Source of the DNA: Octopus vulgaris
Taxonomy: Eukaryota
Assembly (NCBI GenBank): GCA_951406725.2
Contig: OX597819.1
Coordinates: forward strand, 113,150,001-113,214,000
Length of the DNA stretch: 64,000 bases
Direction: 5' to 3'
Shown here: positions 12,143 through 24,199 of the stretch, in pieces
How positions within the stretch are numbered: the stretch's first letter is position 1
How the letters are laid out: every line of letters starts with the position of its first letter
Notes under the pieces: model-generated
What the model saw: only the letters and a program-made list of their open reading frames with translations
Told to the model about the DNA's origin: nothing
The model's database searches: none
Made by a program: the position numbers and the translations under genes

Positions 12143-12451
12143 AGTTTCAAATTTTGGCGCAAGGCCAGCAATTTCGGGGTAGAGGTTAGTCGATTACATT
12201 TACACCGGTGTCCAACTCGTACTTATTTGAAAGACGAACTAAATGCCGCTTAGCATTTTGTCAGTTAGCATCCGGACAAAATGCTTAATGGTATTTCGTT
12301 TGCCTTTACTTTCTGAGTTCAAATACCGCTGAGGTCGTTATTGCCTTACTTCCTTTCGGGGTCGATAAAATAAGCACCAGATAAGCACTGGGGTAGACCT
12401 AATCGACTTACCCCGACCCGAAATTGCTGCCCTTGTGACAAAATTTGAAAC

Positions 12452-12452
<1 letters not shown>
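12143..12452. mobile_element. Two head-to-head SINE family C copies
   Basis: Minus copy ~12143-12265 and plus copy ~12265-12452, the latter ending in (ATT)n. Confidence 0.8.
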
Positions 12453-12510
<58 letters not shown>

Positions 12511-12907
12511 GTTTGGCCAAGCCCTCATCAACTTCTTCGAATTTCATTTGAAAAGGCAAGTGTGGGTGGAGGGGGAAGTTCTGACTCCCACCCCACCCCA
12601 CCCCGGCAATTTTGTCAAAAGGTGGGTAAATGTTGCAAGAATGGCTCGAGTGGGTGGGCCTTCTCTAAGCATGTGCCTGTAGACAAAGCAAAAAGGGCAC
12701 TTACCCTAGTGGTCAGGACTGTTGTGGACTTGTTGGTTTCTCACGAGCAGTGCCATGAGGTCTCCCTCTTTTAGGGAATTTTGTTATATTCGATTAATGT
12801 TATTGTTTTTCATAGTTTACACGATTTTCATGTAACCCCACATTGTATTTGTCCTGTTTTGTCCGTAATTTTTTTTATGTAAACCCTTTGTGGTTAATAG
12901 AGAAATC
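12511..12907 (+). mobile_element. 3' end of Tx1/L1-clade LINE (ORF2 C-terminus + 3' UTR)
   Basis: Translates GQALINFFEFHLKRQVWVEGEVL...FVKRWVNVARMARVGGPSLSMCL*, typical of an L1/Tx1 ORF2 end. The UTR ends ...ccctttgtggttaatagagaaat. Confidence 0.6.
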
Positions 12908-12920
12908 ATCATCATCATCA

Positions 12921-12979
<59 letters not shown>

Positions 12980-12981
<2 letters not shown>

Positions 12982-13102
12982 CGTTCTGATTTCAAATTCC
13001 ACCAAGGTCGATTTTGCTTTCCATCCTTTCGAGTTCTGGGGTCGATGTAGTTGACTATATCTCTCCCCCAAACTTCAGGCCTTGTGCCTATATTAGAAAG
13101 GA
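12980..13102 (+). mobile_element. 5'-truncated SINE family C
   Basis: Central domain plus tail caggccttgtgcctatattagaaagg, followed by (ATT)n. Confidence 0.8.
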
Positions 13103-13129
13103 TTATTATTATTATTATTATTATTATTA

Positions 13130-13230
<101 letters not shown>

Positions 13231-13777
13231 GAGTGAGCGAGCAGAGCATGCCATCAAAGTGACACTGGGGTAAAATATACGAAGCCCAGTATACCCATCA
13301 TGACTACCCGTCTGATAAGGGTACACCAGGCACATGCATCACAACCATATGTGCGCGACATGGTGATCTCATATCAAGATAAACAGCACATGACCTTGCA
13401 GGTGGAGCCCAGTTAGAATTTTCTTCAGATCGAGTAACCCATCCCGCTCAAAAGGTCCCTGAATAAGGGTTGTTTAAGGACGTTGAACGAAACACCCATG
13501 TTTCCAGAGGTGAATTATTCAAACCCCAAAGAATCCTTCTCAACACATGGCTATGATGCTCCCCCACTACTTCTGCTCGTGATCAGAGATGCACATATCG
13601 TCAGCCACTAAGGGACATGCTCAACTGGTTACGGTCAAACAACTGACAAGCAAATCTGTGGTATTGAGCAGAATATTTGCTGTAGCCCATCTTTTATACC
13701 AAGACAAAACAATGTACATGATAACATTTCCAATCAGTTAAGATCAGGAGCCATGAGGGCCACTGCCTGGTACTGCA
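13231..13777 (+). mobile_element. ~550-bp interspersed repeat (family G) inserted in (ATT)n; orientation arbitrary
   Basis: Second copy in reverse at 49344-49826; (TAT)n on both flanks; no TIRs and no ORF. Confidence 0.85.
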
Positions 13778-14359
13778 TTATTATTATTATTATTATTATT
13801 AGACACACACGCACAGAGTTTGTGTATGCGTTTAGTATTTTTCCGCATTGTTAAACACAAATGTTTACCACATGTATGTATTTATGTATGTATGTATGTA
13901 TGTATGCATGCATGCATGTGTGTGTGTATGTGTATACGTACGTATGTATGCTACTTTCCTTATTTGCGCTTCTCTTCTTACACACACATACACGTACGCA
14001 CATATATATATGTATATATACTAACACATACATACATACACATATATACACATACTTGTAACACATTATACGATATATAGCGCATGACGTTGTACTTTAA
14101 ACACACTATATATGATATATTTCATCATATTCTACGCAGATAGACTTAGTAATTAGTTTGACACCGATGTGTAATTAAAGAACTTGTTTTTAGCAATCTT
14201 GAGAATCTTAGATTTGTTAAGTAAACCTAGTCTTGTAAGAAAAACACTTTTTCTTTACTGTTTCTTTTTTTTTTGTATCCTACTTTACAAAATAATTCTT
14301 AGAGCCATTCTAGGTTATTATGTTTTACTTGTTTAATTTCGTTACCCTATATTTAGTGT

Positions 14360-14690
14360 AAGGCGGCGAAATGGCGGAATCGTTGGCAGCGTTGAGCTAA
14401 ATGCTTAGCGACGTTCTTTCCGGCTCTCCAGGTTCTGAGTTCAAACCCTTCCGATGTCAGCATTGCTTTTATCCCGGCTTCGTCGATAAAACAAAGTACT
14501 CCTCAAAGAGAGGGGTTTCGATGTAATCAACTCCTCCATATCCTCGAAATTGCTGACCTTCAACACTGCAACGGACCGGCATCCGGTTCAAGAAAGATGT
14601 TGCGATCTTAGTCACTTATATATAATGGAAGTCAGGTAAACAGCCTTATGAGTTCTGGGGCTCAAGAAAAGTTTTTAAAAATATATAAAG
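14360..14690 (+). mobile_element. Old SINE family C copy followed by another SINE tail
   Basis: aaggcggcgaaatggcggaatcgttg...gagttcaaaccc...gtcgataaaacaaagtac. Confidence 0.6.
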
Positions 14691-15029
14691 CTCAAACCCC
14701 GCTTTCCAATCATTTTTACCTTCATTCTTAAAGAAAAGGGTGGGTTTTGGTATAATAGGTACCTGTTGAATACTGGAGCCGTTTCAGTCGAGAACGGGAA
14801 AGCTTTGATACATAATATTCTGTTGTTGCTATTTAAACCAAGATGGCCTCTTTTTTAACAGACCTATAGTCATAGGCGTTCAGATAATGCTTCCTACGCC
14901 CTTCCTTCCAGCCTTGTGCATGTAAAACTACATAATGTAATTTGTCGCTTTTTTTTCTGAGTGAGATTTAGCTCTTATTTTTAGCAGGTCTAACAACCCC
15001 CTCGAAGCTTTATTATCAGTTATATACTT

Positions 15030-15323
15030 ATTTTTTTATGCGCCCTTTTCAAGCGTAGCCAGGCTCGTGGGTCCGGTTTCTGTGGCGTATGTGTTCCCCC
15101 CAGCTGGTTAGGACGCCAGCGTTACTCAAGAAACAGGAAGAAAGAGTGAGAGAAAGTTGGGGCGAAAGAGTACAACAGGGATCGCCACCACCCCCTGCCG
15201 GAGCCTCGTGGAGCTTTAGGTGTTTTCGCTCAATAAACACACACAACGTTCGGTCTGGGGATCGAAACCGCGATCCTCCGACCGCGAGTCCGCTGCCCTA
15301 ACCACTGGGCCCTTGCGCCTCCA
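15030..15323 (-). mobile_element. SINE family B with tail 3 (A-rich end)
   Basis: Head and body as 16035-16220, then ...gagtaacgctggcgtcctaaccagc...gcttgaaaagggcgcataaaaaaa. Confidence 0.9.
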
Positions 15324-15783
15324 TATCAGTTATATACTAGGGCTGGTTAAGTCACGTAAGACGGAAGTTAAATATAAGTACCAGTTATATACTGAGTTTG
15401 GCTTAATCAAAGAAATTAGGTTATACTGAAACCGCTGCCTAATCTGTGATCTATGACATTTAGCTACCTCGCTTTCGCACTCTTTCTTTCTATTTACCTT
15501 TATTTCATTCTGTCCCCTTTTGTCTATTGCGTTCTCATTTCCTTTTCTCCCTTTCTTTCCTCCAATCTTCGTGGTACATATTTAACTCGAAGAAATGGCC
15601 AGTATCAAGGGCCCAGGAATGGGGGGGGGGGCAGGTGGTGCACTTGCACCCCCTACAATTTTTAGTGGGTGTAAAATCAAAATTTGCACCCCTACATACT
15701 TTGCCAGGTTTAGAAAATAGTGCCTAAAAAGTGATCTCTAACAAGTTGCTTGAAATTAGGTTTGTTCTCAAAACAAGAACATA

Positions 15784-16004
15784 AGCGCAGGAGAGGCTGT
15801 GTGGTAAGTAGCTTGCTTACAAACCACATAGTTCCGGGTTCAGTCCCACTGCGTGGCACCTTGGGCAAGTGTCTTCTACTATAGCCATGGGCCGACCAAA
15901 GCCTTGTGAGTAGATTTGGTAGACGGAAACTGAAAGAAGCCCGTCTTATATATGTTTATATATATATATATTTAGAGAGAGAGATAGAGAGAGAGAGAGA
16001 GATG

Positions 16005-16036
<32 letters not shown>

Positions 16037-16600
16037 GAGGCGCAATGGCCCAGTGGTTAGGGCAGCGGACTCACGGTCGTACGATCGCGGTTTCGATTCC
16101 CAGACCGGGCGTTGTGAGTGTTTATTGAGCGAAAACACCTAAAGCTCCACGAGCCTCCGGCAGAGGGTGGTGGCGATCCCTGCTGTACTCTTTCGCCACA
16201 ACTTTCTCTCACTCTATATTCTGTTGGCCAGCTCGCTTAGCCAGCGGAGTGGCATCATTTGAAGGCTAAAAAACAATGCGAAGCGCATTGTAACCAGCGA
16301 TGTTTAGCAACATCTGATAGCCTGGTCGGTCACGGTGATCACGGTGATATATGCAAGTATCTATGTATGTGTGTGTGTGTTTGTGTGTGTGTGTTTGACC
16401 CCCCCCCCCAACATCGCTTGACAACCGATGCTGGTGTGTTTACGTCCCCGTAACCTAGCGGTTCGGCAAAAGAGACCGATAGAATAAGTACTAAGCTTAC
16501 AAAGAATAAGTTCTGAGGTCGATTTGCTCGACTAAAGGCGGTGCTCCAGCATGGCCGCAGTCAAATGACTGAAACAAGTAAAAGAGTAAAAGAGTAAAGA
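15784..16600 (+). mobile_element. SINE family A, full length, interrupted by a family B SINE
   Basis: 5' half 15784-15945; 3' half resumes ~16365-16600. Confidence 0.92.
16035..16348 (+). mobile_element. SINE family B with tail 1, nested in the internal (TG)n of family A
   Basis: Full head through cacggtgatcacggtgat end. Confidence 0.92.
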
Positions 16601-17594
16601 AAAGATAAACATAATTTTTTTTTTTAAAACCTAAAATATCTATTGGTTAGATGGCTTTCATTTAAATGCAGTCTTATAGGTTTGATTGCATGGGTGCAGG
16701 AACTGTAATCCATTACGAATTTTAATTTTTGTAAAAATCAACAAGATTGAAGTATTTTCTGGCTCCATAGAGAATGGATGATCTTTCTGACGAAGTTTTA
16801 GTTACATTTCGTTTTTTGATTTGCTTTGCAAGATTCTTTATGTGAGTTCGTGCGTTGAAGCATATTCTGTTGTCTGGGGAGAGTCATTTTCTTTTTGTGC
16901 CTTATAATTTAGTTGCCTTATTTATGTGGAGTCACCAGGAAAAATTGCTCTAAGATTGTGAAGCTTAACCTTTGTTGTAATTTTGAGGGTTTTAACTGCT
17001 GGAGAGAATGATATACAAAATATTTTCTTTTAGATATGATCAAGGACTGTGTTTCAGTGTTGATATGACAAAATTGTCATATCTCCATTAGAGGCCTCTA
17101 CAGTAGTGGCAGCAGTGGTGGTGGTGGTGGTAGCTCTGGTGTTGTTGTATGGAACACACCAAAGTTATTGAGGAGCATATAAGAGAGGACCTTGTCCACT
17201 CAGTGCAATGCTGTAATCTAAGAGGAATCTTCTACTTTAAGAGATGTGAGTCTGATTAAGTCCATTGAGATGGGATGTTAGATTTCAGTGTGTGTGTTTA
17301 TTGACAAAAATGGTGTAAGAATACAAAAATAAGAATACAAAAATTATATAAGAATGAGCTGACAATCATCTTGCACCAACCTGTACAAAGACAGGGATTT
17401 AAAATATTATACAATAAAGAAATATTGTCTTTTTACTTTTTATTTTATTTATTTATTTTCTGCACTTTATTTCTTTCAGAGAAATTTGTTATTCACAACC
17501 CTACAAAGAGGAGGAGCTTCAAGGTATTTCAAAATTATTCACCACAGAGTAGGCAACCACTACAACATTCTTATTGTAAAAAGTAAACATTTAT

Positions 17595-17960
17595 AGGCAT
17601 AGGAGTGGCTGTGTGGTAAGTAGCTTGCTTACCAACCACATACTTCCGGGTTCAGTCCCACTGCGTGGCACCTTGGGCAAGTGTCTTCTACTATAGCCTC
17701 GGGCCTTGTGAGTGGATTTGGTAGACGGAAACTGAAAGAAGTCTGTTGTATATATGTATATATGTGTGTGTATATGATTGTGTGTCTGTGTTTGTCCCCC
17801 CAACAGCACTTGACAACCGATGCTGGTTTAGCAGTTCAGCAAAAGACACTGATAGAATAAGTACTAGGCTTACAAAGAATAAGTCCTGGGGTCGATTTGC
17901 TTGACTAAAGGCGGTGCTCCAGAATGGCCACAGTCAAATGACTGAAACAAGTAAAAGAGT
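17595..17960 (+). mobile_element. SINE family A
   Basis: Matches 8738-9181 with small deletions. Confidence 0.9.
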
Positions 17961-18075
17961 ATTATATCCAACTTAACATGGATATTGTGCTATTAGCCTT
18001 GAAAGACTCTCTTAATATAGGTGCATGGTGCTTAAAAACACACCTGTAGATCATAGCAAACAAAATCTGCCAGAA

Positions 18076-18121
18076 TTCCCATATCACATAATTTCAGTCT
18101 ACTGGACTTCATCAATGGGAA
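18076..18121 (-). ncRNA. Type-I hammerhead-like motif (C3->U)
   Basis: Minus strand: ttccca TTGATGA agtc cagta gact GAAA ttatgtg ATA tgggaa; perfect 6-bp stem I and 4-bp stem II. Confidence 0.6.
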
Positions 18122-18168
18122 CCAACTGATCATTGCATGCCAGTCAAATCTCAATGCTACAATATATA

Positions 18169-18732
18169 TTGGGTTGTCCGGAAAGTTTGTGCCGATTTAT
18201 AGTAGCTTAGCTTTCAACTTATTTTAGAACATGGTTGAGTTCATAAAATAGTTCATAAAACATTTCCATTTAGAGCACAGTTTAAGCTATCTTTTCATGG
18301 AAGAAGGTTTATGTTCCTATAACCTGTGTTAATTCTGTAACCCTTTAAAATGGAACATAAGAAAGTTCATTTTCGGTACTTGATGCTTTGGGAACCAGAC
18401 AAAAATTGCTGCAGCTTGGCTGGGATGTGTTAACCCCACCCTCCATATTCACCAGATATTGCTCCTTTGGATTTCCACTTATTCAGATCTCTGCAGAATA
18501 GTCTTAATGGTAAAAATTTCAATTCCTTGGATGACATAAAAAGATACCTTGATAAATTCTTTGCCATGAATCCACCTCAATTCTGGGAAGAGGGTATTTT
18601 CAAGTTGAAGGAAAGATGGATATGCATTGTGCAACAAAATGGTTCATATTTGGTTGATAAAAATGTAATGGCAAATATTATTGACCTTTTTCTTTCCTTT
18701 AAAAATTGGCATGAACTTTCTGAACAACCCAA
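18169..18732 (+). mobile_element. Internally deleted mariner (Tc1/mariner) element
   Basis: TIRs ttgggttgtccggaaagtttgtgccgattt / aaattggcatgaactttctgaacaacccaa with TA on both sides; remnant PPYSPDIAPLDFHLFRSLQN...QNGSYLVD. Confidence 0.92.
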
Positions 18733-19331
18733 TAGATTATCAACATCTTTTCGGATGCGGATGTCACACACAGCCAGCTGGCTAATTAAAAATTAATTAT
18801 TAGCAACAGAAGCAGTATTAACACCAACATAACATAATACTTACTACCTTATTAGCCTTGAGAGAGCCTTTCATTTAACATGGCATCCTTGTTAAGTTGG
18901 GTATAAAGATTACATTTTGATATTAATATCGCTTCTGTTGCTAATAGTTAATTCTTATTATAGTCTACATTTAAAAAATAGTTTCTGCTAATTTGAAATA
19001 GATCACACTGAAAGCATTATTTTGAACACAGAGCAACCTATGAAATACAACAACTTTTGCTGTGTACATTACTGCAATTCTGGTAGTTGTTTTTGGTTTT
19101 TTTTTTGGTTAAAAATTGTTTGTGATGAAGTTTCACTGTAGCTATATCAATTTTTGTTCAGACATCATCCCTGTCGTTAATGGCTGTTTATGATCAGAGT
19201 GGCTCAAATAAAAATCAACAATTGGTTTGGTTTATTGAATATGAATGCATTAATTTCTAGACAGCTCTCCAGCTAGCTAGCTGCTGTCGAACCATCCAAC
19301 CCATGCCAGAATGGAAAATAGACATTAAACA

Positions 19332-19366
<35 letters not shown>

Positions 19367-19891
19367 ATATGATTTTCTTGTCTAAACAATTATATAGATT
19401 CACTTAAACACACTCCTTATTTAACTGTAAAGTAAATATGAATATAAGGTATAGATACACTACACTGAATATATTGCTCAGGTAAACTACAGAAATATAT
19501 GGTACTGATACACTAAAACCAGAAATTGTGATGCACCATAATAATCCCTTATAGATATCCAAGTGAAGCTATCAGTATAAAAGTTAAGTAGAAAACATGA
19601 GCAAACTTTTGGTCACAAATGCAATAACTTATAAAATAAAATTTTCATTAAAGTTCATTTAAGATTTATTAAATAGCTCTCTGTATATGTTCTGGATTGA
19701 TATACCTTTCCCATTGCCACTGAGTACCCTCTTTAACTAAGACATTTCTTATAAACCCAATATTACTAAAGGATTAAGTAACTGGGTAGCTCAAAATGTG
19801 CATGTAACACATTCTTAACAGCAAGTTCAATTAATAAATTACTGGTATATTAACAGTGTTTTGTTTCAATTTACATAATTATACTAATTTA

Positions 19892-19935
<44 letters not shown>

Positions 19936-20559
19936 GTAGATTTTAGCCAACACTGAATGTATCTGGCAGGTTTACACATACTCACCAAAAGAGGACAGCA
20001 TGCATATCATCTAATTTTATAAAAACAGGTGATATGACAAATAGCAGTAGTCTAACAACACATTTTGTTTTTCACTCCTGGCACAGAAGATGGTGTACGG
20101 ATAGTCTTATGGTTAACAAGCCTACATACAAAGCCACCACAAATAACATACTCAAGATAGTCATCACAACCAGCCCCATCCTGCACATTAGACCTTTTTT
20201 TAAATGTCATAGACATATTAGGACTTAATAAATGAGCTAAAATTAAATTCTTCTACTCCATAGATCTTGCCACATGTAATTAAACAATATATATCATGCA
20301 TATGGAAGCATAATGCATATGGAAGCATAATGCATATGGAAGCACTGAAATATATTTACTAGAGTTTGGTATGTTTTGTACTGAGAGGAAAGAAAGAAAT
20401 TGAGTTGGATGTGCCATAGATACTTGTGAAGATGCTTCATTATCAGTTCCGTTGTTAGACACAGAATCAGTTTATGGCACTTTAATGGTACATATAAAGA
20501 AGCAGCTTTAAGGAGTTATATAGATGGGATTACCATGGGATTACACCTAGAAAGATACC

Positions 20560-20772
20560 CTCCCAGTCTCAAGTCGAGGCAAGGTTGTTTATGGAAGACC
20601 AGTAGTCACCCATATTAACCAACTTCCCCTTGCCACACCACCAATATTATCCAAGGGAAAAGCAAAGGCCAGTACAGCTTGGCACCAGTGATGTCGCAAC
20701 TAATTTCTACAGCTCAGTGAATTGGAGCCACGTGAAATAAAGCATCTTGCTCAAGAACACAACACAGAACCC
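20560..20772 (-). mobile_element. CORE-type SINE (family H) body and tail
   Basis: Minus strand ttcttgagcaagatgctttatttcacgtggctcc...ctgagctgtagaaattagttgcgac; related to 53870-53940. Confidence 0.6.
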
Positions 20773-20859
20773 CATCAGTGTTATATCATCTGCATAACAG
20801 AAGCAATTGAAAGATCCATTGTACACAAGACACCCACCTCTAATTCCCCCTCACCTCTC

Positions 20860-21185
20860 AAAATTCCTTATCTTGCAAGTTACTTGGTGACCCTGCCAGT
20901 GCTGGTGCTGTGTAAAAAGCATCCAGTCCACACTGTAAAATGGTTGGCATTTGGAAGGGCATCCAGCTGTGAAAACCATGCTAAAACTGACCTCACCTGC
21001 ACTGGTACCATATAAAAAGCATTCAGTCCACTCTGCAGAGTGGTTGGTGTTATAAAGGGCATCTAGCTGTAAAAACCCTGCTAAAACAGACACAGTAACC
21101 TGAGGTACTCTTGACCAGCTCCTTTAGAACTGTCCAACACATGCCTGCATGGAAGGTGAACATTAAACAATGATGATGATGATGA
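20860..21185 (+). mobile_element. RTE-related SINE/non-autonomous element with internal ~110-bp duplication
   Basis: Two ggttgg...aagggcatc.agctgt.aaaacc units; 3' end gtccaacacatgcctgcatggaa...ttaaacaa(tga)n, with the same tail at 19285-19365. Confidence 0.7.
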
Positions 21186-21649
21186 AATATATATATATAA
21201 TAGTTTGATTCAATTCTGCACTACTTAAAGTTTCAGAGTATTGAGCATGTTCCCTTTATCAGACTTTCAGACTCAGAACAGAGAGAATTTAAAAGAAATT
21301 TAGAAAGCTTTTCAGTGAGAGTATTTAGACATCTCTTAGCAAATCAGTTCTCTCATTAAGAACATCATGTAGCAAAGCAGAAAAGATGCTGGCATCAGTT
21401 AGTTTTATAGGATGTGATATTTTAGTGACATAATTTCTTACAATGAATGTTACACATGGTAGGCCAGACAGGATGCTGGTAGCATTTGGATGGCATTCTG
21501 CAGAGTATGGTGTTCTTTAGTAACAACAGTCATCTCATAAGGAGTTAACAAATTTTATGGTGTCAGGTTACATATGATATTACATGACTAGCATGTATGA
21601 CAGTAAGAATTAAACATCCTGATATTGTGCTTGGGCCAGCTAAGTTTAG

Positions 21650-22110
21650 GATGGTAAATCTGGGTTAGCAGCAACCAATGGTTTGAAATTCATTAACAGA
21701 GTGTACTTCTGGTGACAACAATAGAATAGGTCAAGTTTCCTATTAAAGGATATTGTGAGGTAGCAGAGTATGTGCAGTTTCTCACGAAGATAGAGTTCAC
21801 ATTTATGAGTTCTATGTGAGTAAGACAGAAACCTATCAAGGATGCTCCCTATAATGTTGGGCAAGTAATTTTGATGGTCCCAGAGTCTCCAAATGAAGTA
21901 AGAGAGGAAGGTAGAGTTTTTTCTGTCCAACAATCTGAAGGAGTACATGTGTTGCGTATATCTTCTCTTAAAGACACCGGTTGTCAAGCCTGTGAATGTC
22001 TTATGATTCAATTCAACAGTGTAAGGGTGGCTCTCTAGACCACAGCCTTTGAGAAGCAGGAGCCTCTCAATGGACAGTTAGTAGGATTTTGGCAATTATA
22101 GGTTGGAGTA
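21650..22110 (-). mobile_element. Penelope-like element GIY-YIG endonuclease remnant
   Basis: NCQNPTNCPLRGSC...FTGLTTGVFKRRYTQHMYSFR...STFLSYFIWRL...CELYLREKLHIL...NRKLDLFYCCHQKYTL matches the PLE C-terminal EN domain pattern. Confidence 0.8.
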
Positions 22111-22464
22111 TAATGTGAAAACTGTGTGAGTTCATGATTGCAGTATGCAGTGTTGGAAGCAATATCATGCAGGCATGAACAACTAACGTAAATACTGTTG
22201 CTTAGAAACCATTTTTAATTTCTTTTAAATTCTTTTCTTCCTAACTCCAAATATTTTATTGATGAGGTAGTTCTGATCTACTTTAACGAATATTTTGGTA
22301 ATATAAAGCTGGGTCAAACTGTTATTAAATGTATAACTCCAAGTAAAATATCTTGAGTGTTACTGTTTTTCCTTTGTTCATTCATATATATATATATGTA
22401 TTCACTTCCTGTCCCAGGTAGACATATTCCTTTACCTCCTCTATTTCATCACTGCCGACAGGAA

Positions 22465-23220
22465 GTGAATATGTGCCGAGACATCGAAAAGGAGATCTCG
22501 CGGAGAGTAAGGACCGGATAGGAGGCATTTAATAGCATAAGGGATGTGCTCAAGGGAAGGTTGGACAAGACCACCGGCGCCAACCTCATCAATAGCACAG
22601 TTCTACCTGCAATGTTATATGGTAGTGAAACATGGGCTACAACAAAGAGATTGGCAACGGCTCAAAGAGCCATGGAGAAGTCAATGCTTGGAATCTCGTT
22701 GAGAGAGCACTTTAGTAGCGAGGTCATCAGACAGAAGTCCGGTGTGAGGGATGTGATCGCAGCAAGTTTAGATGGGTTGGACCTGAATGGATGGAAGCAC
22801 TCCGTCGGTTACGACGACGAGGGTTCCGGTTGATCTGATCAACGGAACAGCCTGCGCGTGAAATTAACGTGTAAGTGGCTGAGCACTCCACAGACACGTG
22901 TACCCTTAACGTAGTTCTCAGGGATATTCAGCGTGACACAGAGAGTGACAAGGCCGGCCCTTTGAAATACAGGTACAACAGAAACAGGAAGTAAGAGTGA
23001 GAGAAAGTTGTGGTGAAAGAGTACAGCAGGGATCACCACCATCCCTGCCGGAGCCTAGTGGAGCTTTAGGTGTTTTCGCTCAATAAACACTCACAACGCC
23101 CGGTCTAGGAATCGAAACCGCGATCCTACGACCGCGAGTCCGCTGCCCTAACCACTGGGCCATTGTGCCTCCGAGATGGGTTGGACATGTCGCCTGGTTC
23201 ACTAATAATCGGTGGAGGCA
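22465..23220 (+). mobile_element. RTE-clade LINE ORF2 C-terminal fragment interrupted by a SINE
   Basis: LINSTVLPAMLYGSETWA...QRAMEKSMLGISLREH...IRQKSGVRDVI, resuming RWVGHVAWFTNNRW after 23174. Confidence 0.85.
22783..23173 (-). mobile_element. SINE family B with tail 2, 13-bp TSD
   Basis: TSD agatgggttggac at 22770-22782 and 23174-23186. Confidence 0.93.
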
Positions 23221-23639
23221 CTTTAACTTTTTGTTATAACTGACATCTAGAATATATAGCAGACAGATTTAGATATCGATGTAGGTACCATTAGAACATT
23301 TCTCGCATTTTCTTGATACATTTTACACCATATCGGTCCAATCATGCCCACCCCGTTCTATGGTTCTTTGGACGTCTTTGTTGCATGGTTAGATAAGAGA
23401 AGTTTGCTACCTCCTTTACTCAAGGTTTCATTATTTTCTCGGAGCAAAATACACTCTAAGTGGTTCTCGGAGCAGTTATTGGAGGAAAGCAGTAAATATT
23501 GTGAGAATCGTTCTTAAGATAACAAAAAATAATAAAAGTAAACAAAATAAGATATTTGAAACAATGTGGGGAATAAAAATAAACATTTGGTTAGTTTATA
23601 AAATGATTGGGTGAATAACTTGTAACTGAAAGATGAAAC

Positions 23640-23860
23640 TGGACAAGCTATAAGAAAACGATTTTTGGAACGAAATTAAATTGATGATAAAAAGCACAAC
23701 CAAATGGATCAATGTATACATGTGGTGCTTAAGTTGAGATACACAGGAGCTCACGTTCCATGGATAAAAGATAAATTGGGTGTAATGGATAGATGCACCA
23801 GAAATGTGTTAACAAAGGACAGCAGATTGAATCTCTAAAATAATGTTGTAGACTAATAAT
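23640..23860 (+). mobile_element. R4/Dong-clade LINE relic
   Basis: LRYTGAHVPWIKDKLGVMDRCTRNVLT resembles the post-RT motif RYS.GII.W...L..DRKTRK.LT of R4/Dong elements. Confidence 0.5.
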
Positions 23861-24199
23861 GATGGCAGTTATTCGTGTCCAAAATATCACATGAGAAAGA
23901 AGTGACTGTGTACATGATGAGTTGATACTGCAACTACCAGTACCATCCAGTATTTGCCATTTTCGTCACTTCTCAACTGCTGCAGAACTTTGTGTTTTTT
24001 AAAGAGAGAGTCAGTCACCTGGATCTGGTCCCACTCTTTAAACTTTGAAGTCTCACCACAGCACCCCAAAAGAGCTAAGACGGTCGCGATGACCAGCAAG
24101 CTGTATGTTTTACATTGGCGTGGCCTTTTCCTAAGTGAATTGCCTTACAAGTCAGAAGAAGTCCACCTACCCTGGCTAAAATAGAATATACATTTCTCT

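Noticed and set aside
20296-20345. 17-bp unit x3 (atgcatatggaagcata) as a CRISPR-like array
   Set aside because: No spacers, eukaryotic context and no cas genes; a simple local tandem duplication.
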